A stretch of 64,000 nt of DNA, taken from NCBI GenBank assembly GCA_040768485.1, contig JAXGMU010000006.1:16349-80348 (forward strand). The letters are read 5' to 3'. The DNA comes from Bacteroidales bacterium. GTDB lineage: Bacteria > Bacteroidota > Bacteroidia > Bacteroidales > GCA-2748055. Numbering within the stretch: position 1 is the first letter of the stretch; every line of letters begins with the position of its first letter. Both the position numbers and the translations under genes were made by a program. The notes beneath the pieces are model-generated. The model ran no database searches, was not told the DNA's origin, and saw nothing but the letters and a program-made list of their open reading frames with translations. Positions 27,295-36,678 of the stretch are shown here, one piece after another.

Positions 27295-29973
27295 TTGCCA
27301 TACCCGGGTGTCATAAAAAAGATCCCTGTAATCCTGCTTTGCTGCGGTCTGATCTCCTGCAGCGTGGAAAAGAATACCTCGCTGAGCCGCAACTATCATA
27401 ACCTGACCTCCCACTACAACGTTTATTTCAACGGGAACGAGTCCTATAAAAAGGGTATCGAACGGGCCGGAAACGCCATCAGGAACGATTACACACGTGT
27501 TTTGAATCTCTTCCTGTATGAGGATGAATCGGTTCACGGGGCAGTCAATGCGGACATGCAAAGGGCCATCGACAAGGCCACCAAGGTGATCACCTTTCAC
27601 TCGATCACCGCCAAACCGAAGGTGAAGGCGGGCGACCAGTCCCCCAAACAGAAAGCCTTTTTCGAAAAAAAGGAATTCAATAAATGGGTGGATGATTCCT
27701 ATATGCTGATGGGAAGGGCGTACATGTACCAGGGTGAGTACTTCCTGGCGGTGGAGACCTTCAAACATGTACTGGTCACTTTCCCCGCGGAGGAGATCAG
27801 GTTCCTGGCCCTCACCTGGCTGGCCAGGGGGTATATCATGACCGGGGAGATGAGAGAGGCGGAACGGATCCTGTCATCTCTCTCCACCGAGAGCACCTTT
27901 CCCGACGATTACCTGAAAGCATACCATACCACATGGGCCGATTACTACATGAAGACGGAATCCTACCAGCGGTCGGCCGAACACCTGGAACAGGCCCTCG
28001 GGGCAAAGGGGGTAAGCAAGGATGAAAAGATCAGGTTCACCTATATCCTGGCCCAGCTTTATGAGGAATCCGGACAGAATGAACTGGCGCTTGACCGGTA
28101 CAGGAGGGTCACCCGGTTCAATCCCCCTTACGAGATGGCTTTCAATGCCAGGGTCAGCATGGCCGAGGTGTATGAATCGGGAAGCGGGGACAGCCAGGAA
28201 CTGAAGAAGCTGCTCACGAAGATGCTCCGGGACAGCAAGAACAAGGAATACAAGGATCAGATCTATTTTGCGCTGGGGAACATTGCTTTTAAGGAGGGGG
28301 ACATGGACAAGGCCATCGAATATTACCAGCTTTCGGTGTCTTCCAGTGTGCAGAACCATTACCAGAAAGGATTCTCCTCCCTGACCCTGGCGGAGATCTT
28401 TTACGAACGACCCGATTACATCCTTTCAGCAGCTTATTATGACTCGGCCGTCTCTTTTCTCAACAGGGATTACCCGGGATACAACAACCTGACCTCCCTG
28501 TCGGCGAGCCTGGGCGGACTGGTGCGGAATGTGAACACGTTCGAACTGGAGGACAGCCTTCAGATGCTGGCAGCCCTTCCCGATGAACAGCGGCTCTCGA
28601 TCATCGACGGGATCATCGAACAGGTGAAAAAGGAAGAGCAGGAAGCCAGGGAAGCCGAGCAGCAGGCCATGCAGGACAGGGCCTACAACCAGTCCATGCT
28701 CTACGGGAACAATCCCCTCGGAAGCGGTGGAGCGGAGCAGGGGGGAGCCTGGTATTTCTACAACCTGAATGCGAAAAGTTTCGGGCAGCCCGAGTTCAGG
28801 ATGAAATGGGGAGACCGGACCCTGGAGGACAACTGGCGGAGGAAAAACAAACAGACCATTTCCGGAACAGCCGGAAGCGAGGGGACCGCCGAAGATACGA
28901 TCAGCGGGGAAGGAGCGCCCAGGATCCTGGATAACAAATCCAGGGAATATTACCTGGTGAACGTCCCCCTTACCGACTCGGCCATGGAGCAGTCCCACCA
29001 TCGGCTGGAGGATGCCCTGTATAACATGGGCCTGATTTATAAAGATAACCTGCTGGACTACAGGGAATCGGTCAGTGCATTCGAAGAGCTGCTGACCAGG
29101 TATCCGGCAGGCAGGTATGCGGCATCTGCCATGTATCACCTGCATGAGCTTTACAACATTCTGCAGCAGCCGGACATGGCCGGCATCTACAAGTCCCGCC
29201 TTCTTTCGCAGTACCCCGACACACACCAGTCCAAGCTGCTGAACAATCCCAATTACATCCGGGAGCTGGAGGAGGAAGAGCAGCAGGTGGTCCGCTTCTA
29301 CGAAGGGGTGTACAACCGCTATCAGCAGGGCGATTACCAGGGGGTGATCAACGATGCGACCCGGGCCATCGAACAGTTTGAAGGAGATCCGCTTGTCCCC
29401 AAATTCAAATACATCAGGGCGCTCGCAGTGGGAGCCGTCAGCGGCAAAGAAGAGATGAAAACCGAAATGGATTCACTGATCGCCCAGCATCCGGGAGTGG
29501 AGGAGAGCGAGCGGGCCCGGGAGATCGTGGATTATCTGTATGAAACGTTTCCTGTGATCAGGGAGGCTGAGGAGGCCAGGGTGGCAGAAGAGATCTATTC
29601 GGTCTATGCGCCGGGGGCGACACATTATTTCCTGATCGCGCTTGATGGCCGGGAAAATCTGAACCAGGTGAGCTTTGATCTGTTAAACTATAACCTGGAT
29701 CATTTTAACCAGTACAACCTGGAAATCGAAAAGATGGATTTTTCGTCCGCATATGACCTGCTCGTGGTCAGGAAATTCAACAACGCGGCGGCGGCCGGCC
29801 GTTACCTGCAGGTGATCGCTGAAAACAGGGAACAGATCCTGGCCGGGATCCCCCCGTCACTGTACCGGATGATGATCATTTCGGAGGAGAACTTCGAAAT
29901 CCTCTCCGGGCAGAGCGAGATCAATCCGTATGATCTATTCTACAAAAAACACTATCAGAACCCGGAAGAATGA
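27295..29973 (+). CDS. sprE: TPR lipoprotein, probable T9SS component PorW/SprE
   Basis: 892 aa with a TTG start. Lipobox CCGLISC|S followed by KNTSLSRNYHNLTSHYNVYFNG, which matches my recollection of the SprE N-terminus (..NTFLSRN.HAL...YN.L.NG). Several TPR-like helices. The size is similar to SprE. Confidence 0.6.
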   Translation: MPYPGVIKKIPVILLCCGLISCSVEKNTSLSRNYHNLTSHYNVYFNGNESYKKGIERAGNAIRNDYTRVLNLFLYEDESVHGAVNADMQRAIDKATKVITFHSITAKPKVKAGDQSPKQKAFFEKKEFNKWVDDSYMLMGRAYMYQGEYFLAVETFKHVLVTFPAEEIRFLALTWLARGYIMTGEMREAERILSSLSTESTFPDDYLKAYHTTWADYYMKTESYQRSAEHLEQALGAKGVSKDEKIRFTYILAQLYEESGQNELALDRYRRVTRFNPPYEMAFNARVSMAEVYESGSGDSQELKKLLTKMLRDSKNKEYKDQIYFALGNIAFKEGDMDKAIEYYQLSVSSSVQNHYQKGFSSLTLAEIFYERPDYILSAAYYDSAVSFLNRDYPGYNNLTSLSASLGGLVRNVNTFELEDSLQMLAALPDEQRLSIIDGIIEQVKKEEQEAREAEQQAMQDRAYNQSMLYGNNPLGSGGAEQGGAWYFYNLNAKSFGQPEFRMKWGDRTLEDNWRRKNKQTISGTAGSEGTAEDTISGEGAPRILDNKSREYYLVNVPLTDSAMEQSHHRLEDALYNMGLIYKDNLLDYRESVSAFEELLTRYPAGRYAASAMYHLHELYNILQQPDMAGIYKSRLLSQYPDTHQSKLLNNPNYIRELEEEEQQVVRFYEGVYNRYQQGDYQGVINDATRAIEQFEGDPLVPKFKYIRALAVGAVSGKEEMKTEMDSLIAQHPGVEESERAREIVDYLYETFPVIREAEEARVAEEIYSVYAPGATHYFLIALDGRENLNQVSFDLLNYNLDHFNQYNLEIEKMDFSSAYDLLVVRKFNNAAAAGRYLQVIAENREQILAGIPPSLYRMMIISEENFEILSGQSEINPYDLFYKKHYQNPEE

Positions 29974-31526
29974 CCAGGGAAATCCATATCCTGTGGACCG
30001 ATGATGAGATCGACCTCCTGAAACCTTATATTTTATTCCTGGAGGAGCGGGATTACAGGGTGACCACTGCCGCAAACGGGACTGATGCCGTCCGGCTGGT
30101 GGAGGAAAATGACTACGATTTGATTTTCCTGGATGAGAACATGCCGGGGCTGTCCGGACTGGAAACCCTGGAACAGATCAAGAACCTCGCCCCTTCCACC
30201 CCGGTGGTGATGATTACCAAGAACGAGGAGGAGGACATCATGGACGAGGCCCTGGGCAGCAAGATCTCCGACTATCTGATCAAACCTGTGAACCCCAAGC
30301 AGATCCTCCTGACGATCAAGAAGAACATCGATACCAAGCGACTGGTGACCGAAAAAACCACCTCCAGCTACCAGTCCCAGTTCAGCCGGATAGGGATGGA
30401 GATCAACCAGGCAACCGGGTTCGCGGATTGGGTCCGGATCTACACCAGGCTGGTCTTCTGGGAGAAGGAGCTGGAGGAAGGGAGTGCCGGCGGGATGGAG
30501 GAGGTGCTCAGGCTTCAGAAATCGGAAGCCAACAGCGAATTCAGCCGGTTTATCCGTTCCAATTACCAGAGATGGTTTCAAAAAGGACAGGAAGACCTCC
30601 CCCTGTTATCTCCGAATGTATTCAGGCAGAAAGTCTTTCCGCTGATGGAGCAGGGCAGGGTCGTGGTGGTGGTGATCGATAACCTCCGGTACGACCAGTG
30701 GAAGATCATCGAACAGGAGATCGCGGACCTGTTCAGGACGGAGGAGGAAACCGTTTTCTGCAGCATCCTCCCCACCGCCACCCAGTACGCGAGGAATGCC
30801 ATGTTTTCAGGGCTCATGCCTCTGGAGATCCAGGAGCAGTACCCGCAGCTATGGGTGGATGAAGATGAGAAAGGGGGGAAGAACGTTTTCGAGGAGGATC
30901 TCTGCCAGACCCAGATGAAGCGGCTGGGGATCAAAGGGTCTTTTCACTATGAAAAGATCAACAACCAGCGTGCCGGGAAGAAGCTGCTGGAGAGGACCGC
31001 GGACCTGCTTCATTTCGATCTCAATGTGCTGGTGTACAATTTCGTGGACATGCTCTCCCATGCCCGGACAGAAATGGAGATGATCAGGGAACTGGCATTT
31101 GATGAGGCATCGTACCGGTCGCTGATCCACAGCTGGTTCCAGCATTCCTACCTGTTCGAGCTCCTGAAGCAGCTCACCCAGCACGACCTCAGGCTGGTCA
31201 TCACCACCGATCACGGAGCGGTCAGGGTGACCAACCCGGTGAAGGTGATCGGGGACAGGAATACATCGGTCAACCTCCGTTATAAACAGGGAAAAAACCT
31301 GAATTACAATCCAAAGGAGGTGTTCGAAGTGCTGAAACCCGACCAGGTTTTCCTGCCGAGTCCCCACGTGAGCACCAGCTACATCTTTGCCATGAATAAC
31401 GATTTCATGGTCTATCCCAACAATTACAATTATTTTGTGAACCATTACCGGAACACCTTTCAACATGGAGGGATCTCCATGGAAGAAATGCTGGTGCCGG
31501 TATCCATCCTTTCCCCCGCACGGTGA
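29970..31526 (+). CDS. porX: T9SS response regulator PorX (receiver + PglZ/alkaline-phosphatase-superfamily domain)
   Basis: 518 aa. CheY-like receiver (ILWTDDE, DLIFLDENMPGLSG, LIKP), then a PglZ-type domain (VVVIDNLRYDQW, TTDHG, QHGGIS). ATGA overlap with the upstream gene. Confidence 0.85.
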   Translation: MTREIHILWTDDEIDLLKPYILFLEERDYRVTTAANGTDAVRLVEENDYDLIFLDENMPGLSGLETLEQIKNLAPSTPVVMITKNEEEDIMDEALGSKISDYLIKPVNPKQILLTIKKNIDTKRLVTEKTTSSYQSQFSRIGMEINQATGFADWVRIYTRLVFWEKELEEGSAGGMEEVLRLQKSEANSEFSRFIRSNYQRWFQKGQEDLPLLSPNVFRQKVFPLMEQGRVVVVVIDNLRYDQWKIIEQEIADLFRTEEETVFCSILPTATQYARNAMFSGLMPLEIQEQYPQLWVDEDEKGGKNVFEEDLCQTQMKRLGIKGSFHYEKINNQRAGKKLLERTADLLHFDLNVLVYNFVDMLSHARTEMEMIRELAFDEASYRSLIHSWFQHSYLFELLKQLTQHDLRLVITTDHGAVRVTNPVKVIGDRNTSVNLRYKQGKNLNYNPKEVFEVLKPDQVFLPSPHVSTSYIFAMNNDFMVYPNNYNYFVNHYRNTFQHGGISMEEMLVPVSILSPAR

Positions 31527-31942
31527 TCATGCTCCCGGTCCACATCGGTTCCCTCGAAGGAGTTGACCGCGCTGCCGCTGAATTTCTGAGGGTGGCCGGA
31601 GATGCCCGTGTGATTGCCCTCTCGGGAGAACTGGGTGCGGGGAAGACCACTTTCATCCGGGCAATGTGCAGGGTGCTCGGCGTGGAGCAAACGGTTACCA
31701 GTCCCACCTTTGCCCTGGTGAACGAGTATTTCACACGTGAAGGGGAACCGGTCTACCACATCGATCTTTACCGGATTGAGGATACGGAAGAGCTGTTCGA
31801 CCTGGGTTACGAGGAATATGTGTATTCCGGATTCCGTTGTTTCATTGAATGGCCCGAGAAAGCGGGGCCTCTCATTCCGGAAGATGCGCTCCGGGCGGAG
31901 ATGATCGTGCACCCGGACGGGTCCCGTGAGATCCGGTTCTGA
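31523..31942 (+). CDS. tsaE: tRNA t6A37 biosynthesis ATPase TsaE
   Basis: P-loop LSGELGAGKTTF, TSPTFALVNEY, HIDLYR. GTG at 31523 overlaps the porX stop; an in-frame ATG at 31529 is the alternative start. Confidence 0.9.
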   Translation: MIMLPVHIGSLEGVDRAAAEFLRVAGDARVIALSGELGAGKTTFIRAMCRVLGVEQTVTSPTFALVNEYFTREGEPVYHIDLYRIEDTEELFDLGYEEYVYSGFRCFIEWPEKAGPLIPEDALRAEMIVHPDGSREIRF

Positions 31943-32019
31943 AGAGCCCCCGGGATAAAACAACTTGACTTGCCCCGGTATTTGTGTTATTTTAGGCTAC
32001 CCTTAATACAGTCGGTTCG

Positions 32020-33243
32020 ATGGAAAAATCCGGATCATCCCCATTCAGCATCCACAGGGAGGGATTGATGCCCAGGGAAGAGATGCTTGAAGTGGGAAAT
32101 AAGCAGAAGCAGTTAAAAATCGGGATCCCTTCGGAAAACCACCCTGTGGAAAGCCGTGTTCCCATCACCCCGGAAGCGGTCGAGATACTCACCGGCCACG
32201 GGCACGAGGTGATGCTTGAAAAGGAAGCGGGGAAAGCGGCGAACTACATGGACAGGGATTATTCAGAAAAAGGCGGGATCATCTCGGAAAACCGGCAGGA
32301 AATTTTCAGGGTGTGCGACATCCTTCTGAAGATCAGTCCCCCGACCCTGGAGGAAATCGGCTGGATGAAAGAGAGACAGACGCTGCTCTCGTCGTTCCAG
32401 GAGCAGACGCACCGGGATGAACAATATATCAGGGGCCTGATGGAGAAGAAGGTGACCGCCATTGCCTTTGAGAACATCCAGGATGAGAACAAATGTTTTC
32501 CCGCTGTAAGGAGCATGAGCGCCATTGCGGGGACCACCAGCATATTGATCGCGGCGGAATACCTGAGCAACATGCACGGCGGAAAGGGAGTCATGCTGGG
32601 CGGTGTCACGGGGATCACCCCCACCGAGGTGGTGATCCTGGGCGCGGGTACGGTGGCAGAATACGCGGTCAGGGCGGCCATGGGAGTGGGCTCGGAGGTG
32701 AAGGTATTCGACCATTCGCTCCACCGGCTCAGGAGGCTGCAGGGAGCGGTGGGACAGATGATCCCCACCTCCATCTTCCATCCCAGGGTGATCCTGAAGG
32801 CACTCAGGTCGGCGGATGTGCTTATCGGGGCGATGCGGCTGAATGAGAACCAGCCATCATTTTTCATCACCGAGGAGATGGTGAAACAGATGAAGAAAGG
32901 TTCCGTGATCATCGATATAAGCATCGACAGGGGGGGGTGTATCGAAACCTCCGAGGTGCGGACCCAGGTTGATCCGGTATTCGTCAGGCACGGGGTGATC
33001 CATTACTGTGTTCCCAATATCCCTTCCAGGGTGGCTCGGACCGCCTCCATTGCCATCAGCAATGTGTTCGCCCCGCTGATCGTGGAGATCGGACGGCTGG
33101 GGGAGATGAGCAAACACCTGAAGGAAGATCCTGGACTCAGGCACGGTGTTTATCTGTACAACGGGATCCTGACCAGCGAGGTCATCGGCAGAAAATTCGG
33201 GATCCCCTCAAAGGATATCGATTTATTGATGGCAGCGTTTTAA
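32020..33243 (+). CDS. Alanine dehydrogenase / PNT-family NAD-dependent dehydrogenase
   Basis: 407 aa. IGIPSE...E.RV N-terminal pattern and the VVILGAGTVAEYAVRAA dinucleotide fold. The start is uncertain, with alternative Met codons downstream. Confidence 0.7.
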   Translation: MEKSGSSPFSIHREGLMPREEMLEVGNKQKQLKIGIPSENHPVESRVPITPEAVEILTGHGHEVMLEKEAGKAANYMDRDYSEKGGIISENRQEIFRVCDILLKISPPTLEEIGWMKERQTLLSSFQEQTHRDEQYIRGLMEKKVTAIAFENIQDENKCFPAVRSMSAIAGTTSILIAAEYLSNMHGGKGVMLGGVTGITPTEVVILGAGTVAEYAVRAAMGVGSEVKVFDHSLHRLRRLQGAVGQMIPTSIFHPRVILKALRSADVLIGAMRLNENQPSFFITEEMVKQMKKGSVIIDISIDRGGCIETSEVRTQVDPVFVRHGVIHYCVPNIPSRVARTASIAISNVFAPLIVEIGRLGEMSKHLKEDPGLRHGVYLYNGILTSEVIGRKFGIPSKDIDLLMAAF

Positions 33244-33815
33244 TGAAGAGTGTCATGAACAGGAGAGGAGGGATGTTGGTTGTACCGGTCCTGCTGCTCA
33301 TTCTGGCGGGCGGATGTGAAAGGTGGTTCGGGCCAGAAAAAAGCGGTGAGATCCAGTTGAGTTCCCAGTTATTCGGCAGCGAAAGTTATTACCTTTTCGG
33401 ATTCGGATACGAGCAGGCCGAGTACTACAGGTATCCCTATCAGGGTGAACCGGTCCCGGACATCATCAATGAGGCATACAGGATGATTGATGGGGGGGAG
33501 GTGAAGGTGCTGCCCGGATTCAACATACCGGCACAGGTGAACGGCTTTGCGCTGGTCGGGGAGTTTCCCACGCTGGCTGAGGCCCGGTCATTTTATGATG
33601 ACTACAAAGAGGTGGAACAGGGGCTTCAGTTCGAGACCGTCAGTGACACCGTCGAGCTTTTCCAGGTGTGGATACAACAGACATCCCTGGGAAATTATGT
33701 GAAACTTCTGGTGAAGGACATCAACACCCTGCAGGGCGAGTCGGGGGACCTCTACAGCGAGGTGGTCATGGAATACGTGTACCAGTCCGACGGAACCCCG
33801 GAATTTCCCGATTGA
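33243..33815 (+). CDS. Hypothetical lipoprotein
   Basis: 190 aa. Signal peptide with lipobox LILAGGC. TAATG overlap with the upstream stop. I recognised no family. Confidence 0.5.
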   Translation: MKSVMNRRGGMLVVPVLLLILAGGCERWFGPEKSGEIQLSSQLFGSESYYLFGFGYEQAEYYRYPYQGEPVPDIINEAYRMIDGGEVKVLPGFNIPAQVNGFALVGEFPTLAEARSFYDDYKEVEQGLQFETVSDTVELFQVWIQQTSLGNYVKLLVKDINTLQGESGDLYSEVVMEYVYQSDGTPEFPD

Positions 33816-33845
33816 ACAGCCGGGGAAAATATTCTATATTAGGGG

Positions 33846-35291
33846 ATGAATTTTGCGCTCCTCGGTTTTATCTTCTACCTGGTGATCATCCTGGTCGTCG
33901 GGTTCATCACCTACCGCATCAACAAATCGCACGAGGATTTTTTTATTGCCGGGAGAAGGCTCAATCCGTGGGTGGTGGCCTTCTCCGAAAGAGCATCGGG
34001 AGAAAGTGCCTGGCTGTTGCTCGGATTGCCGGGGGCAGCTTATGCTTCCGGGTTGCTTGAGTTCTGGACGGCACTGGGATGCGTATCCGGCATCATCTTC
34101 TACTGGTTTTTTATTGCAAGGGCACTGCGCCAGCAGAGCGAACAGTATGCAGCCATCACCCTTCCCACATTTCTTGCCAGCCGGTTCGGAAGGGGACAGG
34201 CGGCCATCCGTGTGCTGGCCACCTTTATCATCATTTTCTTCTTTATCTTCTATCTGTCAGCACAGTTCAACGGGGCTGGAAAGATCCTCAATGTCACCTT
34301 CGGAATCAGTCAGAGAGCGGGGATGGTGATCGGCGCAATGGTGATCATTTTTTACACCATGATGGGGGGGTTTTTTGCGGTGGCATGGACCGATATGATC
34401 CAGGGGATCATCATGATCGGGACCCTGGTGGTGTTGCCCCTGGTGGGACTGGTGGAACTGATGGAAGATGGCGGCGGTACCCGGCAGCTTACGGGACTGC
34501 TGGCTGAGGAGGGACACCCGCTGACCTCCCTGACCGGGGGCAAGACCGGCTGGGCGGCGGCGGCTCTGATCATCAGCGGACTCAGCTGGGCTTTCGGCTA
34601 CATGGGGCAACCCCACCTGCTGACCCGGTTCATGTCCATCCGGTCGGCAGCGAAGATCAAGATCTCCCGGAGGATTGCCATCGCCTGGGCCCTCCCGGCA
34701 TTTGCGGGAGCGGTGATCATCGGTGTGATCGGAGCGGGCCTTTACGGACAGGGAATGTTCGATGACATTGAAAAAGTGATGCCCCACCTGGCCAATGAGC
34801 TCCTTCCGGCCTGGCTTGCCGGGATCTTTGTGAGCGGTGCCATCGCGGCCATGATGTCCACGGCCGACAGCCAGCTGCTGGTCATCAGCTCCTCCGTGAT
34901 CGAGGACTTCTTTCACCGGACGCTGCACCGGGAGGTGGGGGACCGTGCGCTGCTCAGGGGCAGCCGGATCATCACCATTGTGGTCGGGCTCACCGGGTTC
35001 ATCATTGCACTGACTTCCGATAAACTGATCTTTTCCATGGTTTCCTATGCATGGGCGGGACTGGGATCTTCCTTCGGGCCGGCGGTACTCCTGCTGCTCA
35101 CGTGGAAGAGAGTGACATGGCAGGGTGTGATCGCGGGCATGGTCACGGGCTTCACATCCACGGTGATCTGGTCCGAGATCCCTGCACTGGACGCCCAGAT
35201 CAGTGTGCGGTTCGTTTCCTGGGTGCTTGCCATCCTTGCCGTATGGATCGTCAGCCGGCTGACCTGCAACAATTTAAGAAACACCAGGTGA
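33846..35291 (+). CDS. Sodium:solute symporter family transporter (PutP-like)
   Basis: 481 aa and polytopic. FFIAGRRLNPWVVAFSERASGESAWLLLGLPGAAY parallels the SSS/PutP signature. Confidence 0.8.
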   Translation: MNFALLGFIFYLVIILVVGFITYRINKSHEDFFIAGRRLNPWVVAFSERASGESAWLLLGLPGAAYASGLLEFWTALGCVSGIIFYWFFIARALRQQSEQYAAITLPTFLASRFGRGQAAIRVLATFIIIFFFIFYLSAQFNGAGKILNVTFGISQRAGMVIGAMVIIFYTMMGGFFAVAWTDMIQGIIMIGTLVVLPLVGLVELMEDGGGTRQLTGLLAEEGHPLTSLTGGKTGWAAAALIISGLSWAFGYMGQPHLLTRFMSIRSAAKIKISRRIAIAWALPAFAGAVIIGVIGAGLYGQGMFDDIEKVMPHLANELLPAWLAGIFVSGAIAAMMSTADSQLLVISSSVIEDFFHRTLHREVGDRALLRGSRIITIVVGLTGFIIALTSDKLIFSMVSYAWAGLGSSFGPAVLLLLTWKRVTWQGVIAGMVTGFTSTVIWSEIPALDAQISVRFVSWVLAILAVWIVSRLTCNNLRNTR

Positions 35292-36538
35292 TGAGGATCC
35301 TTTATGATATAGCCATCAGGAGTTACTGGGCGGGAATCCTGCTTGCTTCTGCCTGGAACCGGAAAGCAAGGCTGTGGCTCAGTGGAAGGCGGGGATGGTA
35401 CAGGAGGTTTGCCGGGGCTTTTCAGAAAGGGGAACGGGTCATCTGGTTCCACTGCGCATCCCTGGGGGAATTTGAACAGGGCAGACCCCTCATGGAAGAA
35501 ATCCGGAAACGGATGCCCGGTCACCGGATACTGCTCACTTTCTTTTCTCCTTCGGGGTACGAGAAACGGAAAAATTTTGACGGGGCCGATCAGGTGATGT
35601 ACCTGCCCCTGGATACGGCAAGGAATGCGGCCAGGTTCACAGGGGCCATGTCGCTTGAAATGGCCGTGTTCATCAAGTACGAGTTCTGGTTCCATTACCT
35701 TCATACACTCAAAAAAGAAGGCGTTCCCCTCTTTCTGGCATCGGGAAACTTCCGCCGTGACCAGCTCTTCTTTAAATGGTACGGCGGGTGGTACAGAAAA
35801 TTCCTGGATTGCTTCACCCGGATATTCGTGCAGGATGAGTCCTCGAAAAAGCTGCTTGAGGATGCCGGTCTCGCTTCGGTCAGCGTGGCGGGCGATACCC
35901 GGTTCGACAGGGTGGACAGGGTGGTCAGGACGGTATTTACCCATGAGGCACTGGATGCATGGACCGGACAATCGCGGGTGATCATTGCGGGCAGTGTCTG
36001 GGAAAAGGATGTGCAGCTGCTGGAATATGCATTCCGGAAGCTGCCCGAAGATATCCGGTGGATCATTGCACCGCACGAAGTTGACCAGGCACACCTGGAG
36101 CATCTCCGGCGTCATTTTCCCCGGGCAATGTATTTCACAGAATCGGGGAAAGGCATTCCGGCGGGTACCCGGGTGGTGGTCGTGGATACCATCGGACAAT
36201 TGTCGTACCTCTACAGGTACGGAACCCTGGCCTATATCGGAGGGGGATTCGGGAAGGGGATCCACAATGTCCTGGAAGCCGCAGCCTACGGATTGCCCGT
36301 AATTTTCGGACCCAGGTACGGGAAATTCAGGGAAGCGGTGGAACTGACGGGGATGGGGGCCGCCTTCCCGGTTCCTGACAAAGAAGGATTATTATCCACA
36401 GTTTATCAACAGCTCGAAAATCCGGACCTGTTGAAAACCGCCTCTGAAAAGGCACGCAGGTACGTATCTGAGAGGCTTGGATCCACGGCTTTCATTATTG
36501 ATAACGTGTGCAAAATTTCAGGGGCCGAACCACTGTAA
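35291..36538 (+). CDS. waaA: 3-deoxy-D-manno-octulosonic acid (Kdo) transferase
   Basis: MRILYDIAIRSYW...WFHCASLGEFEQGRPLMEEIRK is the WaaA/KdtA N-terminal signature. Start ATG 35291 shares 1 nt with the upstream stop; the track ORF has an 80-codon false extension. Confidence 0.85.
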   Translation: MRILYDIAIRSYWAGILLASAWNRKARLWLSGRRGWYRRFAGAFQKGERVIWFHCASLGEFEQGRPLMEEIRKRMPGHRILLTFFSPSGYEKRKNFDGADQVMYLPLDTARNAARFTGAMSLEMAVFIKYEFWFHYLHTLKKEGVPLFLASGNFRRDQLFFKWYGGWYRKFLDCFTRIFVQDESSKKLLEDAGLASVSVAGDTRFDRVDRVVRTVFTHEALDAWTGQSRVIIAGSVWEKDVQLLEYAFRKLPEDIRWIIAPHEVDQAHLEHLRRHFPRAMYFTESGKGIPAGTRVVVVDTIGQLSYLYRYGTLAYIGGGFGKGIHNVLEAAAYGLPVIFGPRYGKFREAVELTGMGAAFPVPDKEGLLSTVYQQLENPDLLKTASEKARRYVSERLGSTAFIIDNVCKISGAEPL

Positions 36539-36547
36539 AACAGTGGT
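36529..36547 (+). terminator. Stem-loop spanning the waaA stop codon
   Basis: accactg-taaaa-cagtggt, a 7-bp stem. The U-run is weak and displaced (ttattttt about 20 nt downstream). Confidence 0.35.
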
Positions 36548-36616
36548 CAGGATGCAATTTCTGGTTATTTTTAGTGCACTTATCACCGTTATGCACAACA
36601 TTTAACTTTCGCTTCA

Positions 36617-36646
36617 TTTGGAATTAGAAGATGAAATCTATTTTTG
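36617..36646 (+). promoter_or_regulatory. Candidate promoter (-33 TTTG, -7 TATTTTTG) for the TonB-dependent receptor
   Basis: TTTG at 36617-36620, an 18-nt spacer, then TATTTTTG at 36639-36646, 33 nt before ATG 36679. Confidence 0.45.
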
Positions 36647-36678
36647 CACGCATTATAACCTTAACAAACCTCTAATCT

